Origin: Patescibacteria group bacterium
Lineage (GTDB): Bacteria; Patescibacteriota; Microgenomatia; UBA10105; UBA927
Direction: 5' to 3'
Assembly: GCA_035510735.1 (NCBI GenBank)
Contig: DATKGN010000004.1
Span: 177,039-241,038, forward strand
DNA length: 64,000 nucleotides
This document shows, in pieces, positions 49,592 through 58,461 of this stretch. The notes beneath the pieces are model-generated. The model saw only the letters and a list, made by a program, of their open reading frames with translations. It was not told the DNA's origin and searched no databases. The stretch's first letter is position 1, and each line of letters opens with the position of its first letter. Position numbers and translations under genes: made by a program.

Positions 49592-51766
49592 TTATAATCC
49601 GATATCGGTACGGTATTGCATACCGTTAAAACTAATTTGTTTTCCGATAAGCGCATATACCTGTGCACGGGCTTTTTCTATTGAACTCTCCCACGCAGTG
49701 ATTCCGAGAACTCTTCCGCCGGTTGTAATTGTCGTCGATTCACTCCGCGAGGTGCCGGCATGAAACACAGTCACTGTATTGTTATGCGGTTTCGCTAGCC
49801 CCACTATTTGTATGTTTTTTAAATAGTGCCCCGGATAGCCCGGTGCCGCTAAAACAACACATACGCAGGTTTGGTTGCTGAAAGATACGAGCCGCGGGGA
49901 AAGAGAGCCGTTGAGACAGGCTTCAACGATAGATAATAGATCGCTCTTAAGAAGCGGTAATTGGACCTCTGTTTCGGGGTCTCCAAATCTGCAGTTAAAT
50001 TCCAAAATATAGGGTTTTCCCTCCGCGATCATCAATCCTGCATAGAGAACACCTTGATATGGTCGACCCTCCTTTTTCATGCATTGAACTGCATATTGTA
50101 ATAACTGATATATCTTCTTTAGTTGCTGTGGAGTCGCGTTATCGGATGGCGCCATTGATCCCATGCTTCCGGTATTGGGACCAACATTACCATCTCCGAG
50201 TCGCTTGTAGTCTGAGGTTGCAATAATCGGAGCGACCCGTGTGCCGTCACTAAAGACCATAACTGACACTTCTTTTCCGACAAGTTTTTCCTGAATCACT
50301 ATTCGATCTCCCGCTCGTCCCAACGTTTTATTAATCATAAGCGATCGTATTGCATCACTTGCAGTCTTCATGCTGTCACAGACGAAAACTCCTTTACCCT
50401 GACAGAGCCCGTCCGCTTTAATGACGACATTACCGTTATATTGTCCGCTGTATGCAATTGCAGATTTCGGATCATTGAAAGTCTTTGAGGCTGGACGGGG
50501 GAGGTTGTGGCGTTTTAAAAATTCAGAGGCCCAAACTTTACTGGTTTCTAATTGTGCTGCTTCGCGGGTTGGTCCGAAGATTTGTAGGCCCTCTTGGGTA
50601 AATTTGTTGACGATTCCCAAAGACAGGGGAGCTTCGGGTCCGACGACCGTAACATCAATGCCTGCCGTCTTTGCAAATTGCAGGAGCCCATCAACATTAT
50701 CGGCGGCAATCGGTAAATTTTGGCCTAACGTCGAAGTGCCACCATTGCCCGGGGCAAAGTATAGTTGCCCAATATTTTTTGATTTCGCGAGCTTCCATCC
50801 GATAGCGTGTTCACGGCCGCCTGACCCTACAATCAATATTGTCTTTTTGTCTACGATTTTCATTATTTTTCTTTCAAATTCCTTTTTCAAAGGTAAACCC
50901 ACCCGCGCGCCGGACTTACGTACGCAAAATCCTGCGAGCGTATTGCCTGCATCTGCGCACATTCTTAAATTTTTTTGACGGAGGACCCCCCATAAATAAC
51001 CGGCAATGAACGCATCACCTGCGCCGGTTGTATCTACCGCAGAAACCGAAACCGTAGGAATATGTGTGATGCAATAGATTATGGAAACAAAACATCCGTT
51101 GGATCCGTCCGTGATAACGACAGTGGAAACGCCAAGATCATGCAGTAGTTTTGTTCCTGTTAGATTTTCTTTTCCCGTTAGCGTTTGCAATTCTTCTTTG
51201 GTTAGAAAAACGATTGCGCATCGGCGAAGAATCGGTGTGAGGCGGGTCATCCCCAGTCTGCAGTAGATAATCCCTGGGGCAAAAGAGATAATTATAGTTT
51301 TATGTAATTTAGAAATGAAAGATTCCTGCACACTCAGCTGTTTGGTATTAACGAATGAACTTACGTGCATAATTTTAGTGTGGATTGTTGATGGCGCCGG
51401 CATATCGCGTGAAGTGAGATCGCTATTTATTCCCGGAAAAATATTCAGAAGCCGATGCCCCTTTTTATCTACAAGTCCCAAAACAACACCGCTGTTACCA
51501 GATTTTTTCCGTATTAACGTTGTGTCTACATGGTCTGCCTTAAAAGCCGAGATATGTAATTTCCCCTCCGCGTCATCGCCGATTGTACCGATGAACGCGG
51601 CTTTTTGACCGAGCCGACCCAGTGCGGCTATTGTATTTGCGGCTGACCCGCCGGGTGCGCGTGTTTCGTATTCCACGAGCGCCTCGCCTTCACTTGTAAA
51701 TTGGGGGACTGTGCCCAAGCGATCAACATTCAGCGCACCGAAACCGATAATGTCGTAGGTTTTCAT
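49592..51766 (-). CDS. purD: fusion of PfkB-family (ribokinase-like) sugar/nucleoside kinase with phosphoribosylamine-glycine ligase (PurD)
   Basis: Residues 1-300 carry the GG motif (PGGSAANTIAALG) and the ribokinase anion-hole motif VDTTGAGDAFIAGY. Residues 302-724 are PurD (ILIVGSGGREHA...). No stop codon between the two halves. Confidence 0.8.
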   Translation of the reverse strand: MKTYDIIGFGALNVDRLGTVPQFTSEGEALVEYETRAPGGSAANTIAALGRLGQKAAFIGTIGDDAEGKLHISAFKADHVDTTLIRKKSGNSGVVLGLVDKKGHRLLNIFPGINSDLTSRDMPAPSTIHTKIMHVSSFVNTKQLSVQESFISKLHKTIIISFAPGIIYCRLGMTRLTPILRRCAIVFLTKEELQTLTGKENLTGTKLLHDLGVSTVVITDGSNGCFVSIIYCITHIPTVSVSAVDTTGAGDAFIAGYLWGVLRQKNLRMCADAGNTLAGFCVRKSGARVGLPLKKEFERKIMKIVDKKTILIVGSGGREHAIGWKLAKSKNIGQLYFAPGNGGTSTLGQNLPIAADNVDGLLQFAKTAGIDVTVVGPEAPLSLGIVNKFTQEGLQIFGPTREAAQLETSKVWASEFLKRHNLPRPASKTFNDPKSAIAYSGQYNGNVVIKADGLCQGKGVFVCDSMKTASDAIRSLMINKTLGRAGDRIVIQEKLVGKEVSVMVFSDGTRVAPIIATSDYKRLGDGNVGPNTGSMGSMAPSDNATPQQLKKIYQLLQYAVQCMKKEGRPYQGVLYAGLMIAEGKPYILEFNCRFGDPETEVQLPLLKSDLLSIVEACLNGSLSPRLVSFSNQTCVCVVLAAPGYPGHYLKNIQIVGLAKPHNNTVTVFHAGTSRSESTTITTGGRVLGITAWESSIEKARAQVYALIGKQISFNGMQYRTDIGL

Positions 51767-52677
51767 AGCATTTCCCTCCGGGGCGATCGGGTCTCAATCG
51801 AATGAATTCCCGTTCCCTCATTTCCAGGCCAGATTGCATGATCCCCGACGATTTCTTCCGTTAAATCCAGTCCGTTCTCCAATGCTATACTATTTGTTCC
51901 AATAATTTTCCCTTCTACAACAGAGAGCCTGCCTTCTGCAAACGCTCCTATCGTACGAATGACGAGTTCCGGTTCAAATGCTGCTTCCGCCTGACGGAGT
52001 TCTGTGAATAAGGGGTGAGTCGGTTTATCTTTCAGTGACGTTTGTTCTTGGATAAGCTTTTCCAATTCATCGTGATCAGTTGGCAGCGTGTCCCACAGAC
52101 GGCTTAGATTTATACCATTAATAATTCCCTTGGCAGGAAGACGGAAATAGGCAATTGGGGTACCCGCGTCAAGCGTCGGGATTGCAAGATGCATCATGCC
52201 ACCGATTTCTTTTCTTTTTTCCCGGACCCAAGTCCCTATAACGTTCCAGTACACACCCTCTCTTCCGCCCATTGATAATGGTAAATCGGGGTGGAGATTC
52301 AAGGATGGCAGGGTATTACACCATTCTGATCCTTTTATTACCATGTCTCCAGCCATGATATTGAGATCGGATTTTTCCCGTATTTGTTTCAAGATTGCCG
52401 TATCGTATTCATTTTTATCAGCATCCGTTGGGTTTTTCTTTATTCTCCCGTGCTGTTTAGCAGAATACATAATAAGAGGCACGTCAGAATAGTTATTCAT
52501 TAATCGCGTAAGCAACAGATCGGTCATTCTTCTCGCATCGTCTCCCACCTCTCGGGTAGAAATAACAGCTGAAACGTGCACACCGGGAAGTTCACCTAGG
52601 GTAGCGGCGTCTATGATACCTGTTACTAATTTGTATGCTTCAAAATCGATGAGTGTTGAACTTATGCTTATGTTCAT
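51763..52677 (-). CDS. formyltransferase-domain protein (PurN-like GAR transformylase candidate) with C-terminal extension
   Basis: NIMAGDMVIKGSEW...SLNLHPDLP (N-x-H) and HLAIPTLDAGTPIA (catalytic Asp region) align to the PurN/Fmt formyltransferase core. About 100 extra C-terminal residues. Confidence 0.5.
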   Translation of the reverse strand: MNISISSTLIDFEAYKLVTGIIDAATLGELPGVHVSAVISTREVGDDARRMTDLLLTRLMNNYSDVPLIMYSAKQHGRIKKNPTDADKNEYDTAILKQIREKSDLNIMAGDMVIKGSEWCNTLPSLNLHPDLPLSMGGREGVYWNVIGTWVREKRKEIGGMMHLAIPTLDAGTPIAYFRLPAKGIINGINLSRLWDTLPTDHDELEKLIQEQTSLKDKPTHPLFTELRQAEAAFEPELVIRTIGAFAEGRLSVVEGKIIGTNSIALENGLDLTEEIVGDHAIWPGNEGTGIHSIETRSPRREML

Positions 52678-52683
52678 ATGGTT

Positions 52684-53733
52684 TTATCCGAGTACTGCAG
52701 CATCAGCGCGAATTATTTTTCTCATCTTCGTATGACGTGCTACTAAAGAATTAAACAGAGACTTGTTTTGTGGATTCACGCGAACAAAGTGAGCGTCAGA
52801 ATGTTTGCTTTGTTTTTGAATAAACGATGAGACTGCATCATTGCCTCCCTTGATCCATGCGTTCAGGAGGGGAATGAGAAATTCCATATTCGGTGTTGAA
52901 ACTGCCACTTTTGCTGCCTCTAACGCATAGTGGTTGCCGTTGATTGCTATTGATAATCCACCGGCGCGGTTGATTGCCTGAAAAAGTTCGACATCAGTTA
53001 TGCTGTCTCCAATGTAGATCACATCTTTGAGTGTTACTTTCAACTGTCGAGCAAAACGTTCTGCGGCTTCAACTTTGCGTTTTCCGCCGATGACATGAAT
53101 CGCTGAGAGTATTTCCAAGCCTGCATCAGGAAGATCTTTCCAAAAAAATCGGTCTAGTCGTTTTCGTAGGAAAATACACGACTCATTATTCATAAATAGA
53201 TCTATTGTGGAAGAATTTGTTCCCTCTGAGTTCAACATCCGCAAACAGGAGGGCGTCATTGATTTAATATCTTTTTCAGTTTCGGTAATTACGTTCATTA
53301 TTTTTTTTGTCGAAAATTGACGGTGGAGTTTATCAAGCTGCAAGTCAGTTGATGCGATATCCATGTGGGGAATATTCAGGTGCGCTCCAACCGTTTCCCA
53401 TAAATATGTATACGCAGTAGATATAATCCGGATGTTCCACTCATCATGGCGAAGTTTCCTAACGCATTGCACTACTCCGGGCGTCAACCTTGCATGTTGC
53501 GCGATCTTTTTCATTTTAGCGTCGGTTACACCATGCGAAATAAAGAGAGGGATGATAAGCGCAAGTGTGTCACCTGCCTGGTACTCATCAGGACCATGAA
53601 CGGAAAGATAATCATCATATGCACTCAAAAGTAAAAACAAATTTTTGTCAATGGTCGAGGTGACATCAAGGGCAAAATCATTTGTAACGATAGGACCCTC
53701 GCCGTCAGTAAACAAAACCTTGCGGGTGTTCAT
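52684..53733 (-). CDS. HAD-superfamily-like hypothetical protein with atypical motif I, embedded in pur operon
   Basis: LFTDGEGPIV (D-x-E in place of D-x-D), IISTAY (motif II), K in GGKRK, YIGDSITD (motif IV). Confidence 0.4.
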   Translation of the reverse strand: MNTRKVLFTDGEGPIVTNDFALDVTSTIDKNLFLLLSAYDDYLSVHGPDEYQAGDTLALIIPLFISHGVTDAKMKKIAQHARLTPGVVQCVRKLRHDEWNIRIISTAYTYLWETVGAHLNIPHMDIASTDLQLDKLHRQFSTKKIMNVITETEKDIKSMTPSCLRMLNSEGTNSSTIDLFMNNESCIFLRKRLDRFFWKDLPDAGLEILSAIHVIGGKRKVEAAERFARQLKVTLKDVIYIGDSITDVELFQAINRAGGLSIAINGNHYALEAAKVAVSTPNMEFLIPLLNAWIKGGNDAVSSFIQKQSKHSDAHFVRVNPQNKSLFNSLVARHTKMRKIIRADAAVLG

Positions 53734-55273
53734 AGATGTTTTTGGGCAGTATGTCTTTTATTATTTTGATCCTTTTCGATTTTTGAACGACCGTGTTTCC
53801 ATTTATATCCACCGGCGGCTGATGTCCCGCCATGCAACCCATGCAGAATCCGCGTGTCTTCGGATCTCCCGTAATGGCTTCCCGCAAACCTTCAGCACTT
53901 AAGTATGCCAGTGATTTCGCGCCGAGCTCGATCCTGATTCTCTCAACATCTCCGTTTAAACGGGCAGCGATCAGTTCTTTTGAAGACCGTGTATTTACTC
54001 CCAAGTGGCACGCTTTATCGATTGGAGGACTGACGATGCGCAGATGAACATCAATGACGCCATAATAGTGTTTGAGTAAATAAATAAGACCCCGCGTTAT
54101 ATTTCCACGGACTATCGAGTCATCGACCAGAACGACGCGGCGCCCGTGTAATGCTTGGGCGTCAAAACAAAAATGCTCCAGCACCTTTTGATAGATACTA
54201 TCAATATCGGCAGTCATGAATGTTCGTTGCTCTGTGAGACTGACCGATTTATCCGTAATCGCCTGAAAGTAGGGAAGATCAAGCGCCCGCGCGTAGGTCA
54301 TGCCGCCTTCGATACCTGTTCCCGGGACTCCTATAACCATATTCACTTCACGTAATGAAATAGGCGCTTCACGGGCGAGGATTTTGCCACTGCGTCTCCT
54401 CACATCGTCAATAGTAGGCGACCGTTTCACTGCCCGAATGCTGCTTCGCGGCATGTGCGCTTTGCCCGCACCGTGTTGCAAATAGATATTTTCAAAAATA
54501 CAGAGAGCCCGTTGCCGTTCATGCTGTTTTGCTAAAATGATAAGACCTTTGTCGGAAATTTTAGCAATCGTGCCGGGCATTAATTCAAAATAATCGGTAA
54601 CTCCCATGGCATCCAACGCACTTGTTTCTGAAGCCGCTACCCAAACAAACTGACGTGTTATACTATCCCACAGGTGTCCGTATACAAACGGACGTAACCC
54701 CCAGGAGTCCCTCGCCACATACAGTGCGTTATCCGTGCTTACCACCAAGCTCCATGCGCCGCGTTTGGTCGATAGGACGCGGACGATTCGCTCATCCCAA
54801 TTTTGGCCGTCTGCATCACGGAGTTCTTGAGTGAATAGTAATGTGTCGCTTTGTCCGGATTGTTTCACGTTGGCGCTCTGAGAAAACTGGCCGTTATGAA
54901 CAACCATAAATGTTTCACCTGCCTGTCCAAGTTTTGTGACAATAGGTTGGACGTTATTTGTTGTAAATTCGCCGCTTGTCCCATAGCGTACCTGATAAAC
55001 CCAACTTTTTGCGCGAATTGTCTTAAGATCTTTCGCGATTGACGGGCGAAATACTTCCCGGACCATTCCTTTGTCTTTATGCTCAAAGAGCTGGCCCTTT
55101 TCACTCTTGGCGCAAAAGCCGGCGCCGTCATATCCACGAGTTTGCAATATTGACAGTCCTGCTAACCCAGTTTTGAAGAATTCAAAATCTTTTGGTGCAA
55201 ACGCGGCGACGATGCCGCAGTGGTCCTGAAGGGGTAAACGTTCAGCAACAAAAAAAGGATACGACGATTTCAT
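53705..55273 (-). CDS. purF: amidophosphoribosyltransferase
   Basis: N-terminal CGIVA nucleophile after a short propeptide, Ntn-GATase domain, PRT motif VVLVDDSIVRGNIT. ORF opens at 55324; Met at 55273 has an AGGGA RBS. Confidence 0.85.
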   Translation of the reverse strand: MKSSYPFFVAERLPLQDHCGIVAAFAPKDFEFFKTGLAGLSILQTRGYDGAGFCAKSEKGQLFEHKDKGMVREVFRPSIAKDLKTIRAKSWVYQVRYGTSGEFTTNNVQPIVTKLGQAGETFMVVHNGQFSQSANVKQSGQSDTLLFTQELRDADGQNWDERIVRVLSTKRGAWSLVVSTDNALYVARDSWGLRPFVYGHLWDSITRQFVWVAASETSALDAMGVTDYFELMPGTIAKISDKGLIILAKQHERQRALCIFENIYLQHGAGKAHMPRSSIRAVKRSPTIDDVRRRSGKILAREAPISLREVNMVIGVPGTGIEGGMTYARALDLPYFQAITDKSVSLTEQRTFMTADIDSIYQKVLEHFCFDAQALHGRRVVLVDDSIVRGNITRGLIYLLKHYYGVIDVHLRIVSPPIDKACHLGVNTRSSKELIAARLNGDVERIRIELGAKSLAYLSAEGLREAITGDPKTRGFCMGCMAGHQPPVDINGNTVVQKSKRIKIIKDILPKNIYEHPQGFVY

Positions 55274-55362
55274 CGCAATCGTATCCCTTATGTACAGAGT
55301 AAAAAAGAACGGGTGGGTTGTCAAGAGCTCAATATTGTTTAAGCTTGTGCTTTTTTGGCCAA

Positions 55363-55391
55363 TTGACAGACTTCTTTCTGACAGTTTATAG
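55363..55391 (+). promoter_or_regulatory. sigma70-like promoter for purA
   Basis: TTGACA-17 nt-TTATAG, about 35 nt upstream of the purA start. Overlaps a TTGGCCAA palindrome. Confidence 0.35.
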
Positions 55392-55426
55392 TAAATACTA
55401 TTGTTCTGCCCTTTAGGAACTTTATT

Positions 55427-56971
55427 ATGCCGATTCCTAGAGCGGGAAGCCTCAAATTCACCTTACAACAAGAACGCTTTTTGCACCCAGAAAAAGAAAT
55501 AACCAAAGACTATCAAGCGGTCTACAAAAAAAACCGTATCGTTGTCGGTTGGCCCAACGGGAAGAAAAAAGTATTTCATGAAATTTCCCGACTCCATACA
55601 GTATGCGTTGTCGGTGTTGCATTAGGCGATGAGGGAAAGGGAAGAATTATTGATAATCTTATAGGGTCGTATTTAAAAACCAAGGGCGTCTCTGGCGTAA
55701 CGGTGATCCGGTTTCAGGGCGGCAATAATTCAGGTCATACCGTTGAAGTAAACGGCGTTCATCTGGCTCTTCATCAAATACCCTGCGGTGTTATGTATAA
55801 TAATGTGACGTGCATCATGGATCGCGGGATGACCATAAATCCCGAAGATCTCGTTGATGAGATCCATATCGTAGAGAAAATAACCGGTAACACAAAAGGA
55901 AAATTGTTTTTATCCGCAGATGCAGTGCTTAATACTGATTTAGATCGGGCGGAAGAATTACTCAATCGTAAGCGTCAGGGGAAATCGGGCGGCGGGACCG
56001 GTCGTGGCATCGGACCGTCATATGCTCATCATTATGATCGGTTAGGATTTCATATTTTTGACTTACTTGGGTCAGATTGGCGGGAAAAATTAGGTGCCCA
56101 GTATGATCGTTATCAAAAAGAATTCAAACTCTACGGATTGACACTTGAAACAGTGGAGGTTCCGGATTTTAAGAAAACAAAAAAAATGCGTCGCGAATAT
56201 AAACGGATGGTAGGGTCAAGGGAAGAGTTTTTACACCGCATCGGTAGGGCACGTAAAGAATTGATCGCGAGAAAATTAATTACCAATACGTTTCCTCTGC
56301 ACGAGCGGGTCTATCAAAAAAAATCAGAAGCGGTTCTGTTTGAGGGCGCCCAATCATTAGGTTTGCATGCCTGGCTTGGGACGGTGCCGGATATCACGGC
56401 ATCCGATACATCAACGTTCGGCATACAAAGCGGGACTGCCTTTTGGAAAATGCAGAATATTGAAGACCGTATAGGAATTTTTAAAGTTCCCTATACATCA
56501 AGTGTTGGTGCGCGTCATATGCCGACACAAGCTGATGAAGCGTGGGCAACGAAAGTCCGGGATGAGGCGCATGAATATGGGACAACAACAGGAAGACCGC
56601 GCGATATTTTATACCCGGATCTCCCGCTTCTTTCTTATAATATCCGCATGTCGGGCGTCGAAATGATCATAGGAACCCACTTGGATACTTCGTGGGAGGA
56701 TGTTCCCATTAAGGTCTGTACACACTATACAGATAAAAAGGGAAATACCCTCCCGTATCAACCCGGATTGCATCATCTCGTTGGCGTGGTTCCTCATTAC
56801 ATTACCTTGCCAGGATGGGATGGGGTAAAGGTTAGGAGTGCGAAATCATTCAAACAGCTTCCTGAAAACGCAAAAAAGTTTTTGGCGTTTTTACAATTGC
56901 GGCTGGGGACTCCGATTATTGCGGTAACAACCGGACCGGCGCGGGAAAATTATATTACCACTCCATCTTAA
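55427..56971 (+). CDS. purA: adenylosuccinate synthetase with N-terminal extension
   Basis: GDEGKGRIID P-loop, GGNNSGHTVE, GTTTGRPR. About 55 extra N-terminal residues and several insertions (514 aa vs about 430). Confidence 0.85.
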   Translation: MPIPRAGSLKFTLQQERFLHPEKEITKDYQAVYKKNRIVVGWPNGKKKVFHEISRLHTVCVVGVALGDEGKGRIIDNLIGSYLKTKGVSGVTVIRFQGGNNSGHTVEVNGVHLALHQIPCGVMYNNVTCIMDRGMTINPEDLVDEIHIVEKITGNTKGKLFLSADAVLNTDLDRAEELLNRKRQGKSGGGTGRGIGPSYAHHYDRLGFHIFDLLGSDWREKLGAQYDRYQKEFKLYGLTLETVEVPDFKKTKKMRREYKRMVGSREEFLHRIGRARKELIARKLITNTFPLHERVYQKKSEAVLFEGAQSLGLHAWLGTVPDITASDTSTFGIQSGTAFWKMQNIEDRIGIFKVPYTSSVGARHMPTQADEAWATKVRDEAHEYGTTTGRPRDILYPDLPLLSYNIRMSGVEMIIGTHLDTSWEDVPIKVCTHYTDKKGNTLPYQPGLHHLVGVVPHYITLPGWDGVKVRSAKSFKQLPENAKKFLAFLQLRLGTPIIAVTTGPARENYITTPS

Positions 56972-57016
56972 ACTTACTGGAAAACGTTTCGGATAACAGA
57001 GTATAATCAGTCTTCT

Positions 57017-57625
57017 ATGAATTGGGAACAACGAAGCGAGCTCGGCGGGATCAAACGACCCGAGCCCCTAGTGGCTAATCCTAAGTATATTGCTATTGAT
57101 TTGGAGGGCACGATCATTGAGCCGTTATTTGCTCATGGACCTATGACAATTGTTGGGCGGCCGGGTTCCACAAGATTGTTAACTGAGTTAGTCAACCGGG
57201 GATTTACGAATATTGTTATGTCAGGGTCGTCAATGCCAACTGAAACATTTTTCAGTTCACTTCCTCGTTGGAAACCACTCATTAATAGGATTATTTGGGA
57301 TCCTGAATGTAAGGAAATACAAAATACGTTTATCAAAAGTGAATGGATGAAATCGTTATTTGATTCGGATGAGTCTATATATTATTCACTGGAAGATATT
57401 TTTCATGGTACTAATGGAGGTAAGTATCCACCCCTATTCGGAATCGGCGGAGGCATAATAGATGATATTCTTGCACATGTGTCACAAGAGAAAGGTAGGT
57501 TAACTGAATTGAAAGAATATGGATTTCCGATATTTGATCCCCGTCAAAAACAGGATGACAGTACACAGGAGACTTGGGTTGACAGACTGCTACAGCAGAT
57601 AGATATTAATAATTCAGTTTTTTGA
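57017..57625 (+). CDS. hypothetical protein with HAD/NIF-like DLEGT motif
   Basis: YIAIDLEGTII resembles HAD/FCP1 motif I with Glu at the second acidic position. Otherwise unknown. Confidence 0.35.
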   Translation: MNWEQRSELGGIKRPEPLVANPKYIAIDLEGTIIEPLFAHGPMTIVGRPGSTRLLTELVNRGFTNIVMSGSSMPTETFFSSLPRWKPLINRIIWDPECKEIQNTFIKSEWMKSLFDSDESIYYSLEDIFHGTNGGKYPPLFGIGGGIIDDILAHVSQEKGRLTELKEYGFPIFDPRQKQDDSTQETWVDRLLQQIDINNSVF

Positions 57626-58460
57626 AAAAACTTTTGAAGATTCGATAAAGTTTTTCTTCTGTTTTTTTGCTCTCCAATACGGCAACAACTTCTTCGTGAT
57701 TGGTCGCATTCGTACCGTCTTTGGCAATTGCGTTCGTTATCATGGAAACGCCAAGAGTTTCCAAGCCACGATTGGTTGCTGTGATAATTTCCGGGATTGT
57801 AGACATGCCAACAGCATTGGCTCCCATTGCGCGAAGCATTAGGCATTCTGCCTGCGTTTCATATGTTTTACCGGTAAGCGCAACATATACCCCCTCGTGA
57901 ATTGAGGGGTCAATGGTGCAAAATAGTTTCCGTAATCTTGGAGAATATTCCGTATTTTGCGGTTGGAAAAAATCATTGTTGCCGAAATCATGATGAGGTC
58001 CCAAAAGGGGATTGGGTTGAAATATCCCAATATGGGAAGTTATAACCATGAGATCTCCGACGCGGAATTTTGGGTTGAGGCCCCCGGCGGCATTCGTCGC
58101 AACATACAGTCTGCATCCTAAGCTCGCCACTACATTGACCGGGAACGTGACGATATCCATTGGCCTCTCTTCATGGGCAACTTCGTAGTAATGTTTTCTT
58201 CCCTGAAGTCCTAAAACAGGAACTCCCTCAAGATATCCTAGAATCATATTGCTCTCATGTCCGGGAACGGTTGAGATGGGAAAGTGGGGGATTTCTGAGT
58301 AGCTCAGTATTGCAACAGGTTTTATAAGAGATGCAAGCTTGTTCAGACCTGAACCTAAAGTTAATGTAACGGTGGGAGAAAATTTTTTCTTTTTACAGTG
58401 TTTATTGATGAAAGTAACTGCTTCATTAACTCGGGTAACATACGCGTCCTTTGTTTTCAT
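57606..58460 (-). CDS. purine nucleoside phosphorylase (PNP/MTAP family I)
   Basis: TLGSGL phosphate-binding loop, GMSTIPE and NATNHEEV motifs of trimeric PNPs. Confidence 0.8.
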   Translation of the reverse strand: MKTKDAYVTRVNEAVTFINKHCKKKKFSPTVTLTLGSGLNKLASLIKPVAILSYSEIPHFPISTVPGHESNMILGYLEGVPVLGLQGRKHYYEVAHEERPMDIVTFPVNVVASLGCRLYVATNAAGGLNPKFRVGDLMVITSHIGIFQPNPLLGPHHDFGNNDFFQPQNTEYSPRLRKLFCTIDPSIHEGVYVALTGKTYETQAECLMLRAMGANAVGMSTIPEIITATNRGLETLGVSMITNAIAKDGTNATNHEEVVAVLESKKTEEKLYRIFKSFFKKLNY

Positions 58461-58461
58461 G

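Noticed and set aside
55355-55372. TTGGCCAATTG palindrome upstream of purA as a PurR-type box
   Set aside because: It does not match known PurR/PurBox consensus sequences. It overlaps the -35 element and is probably incidental.
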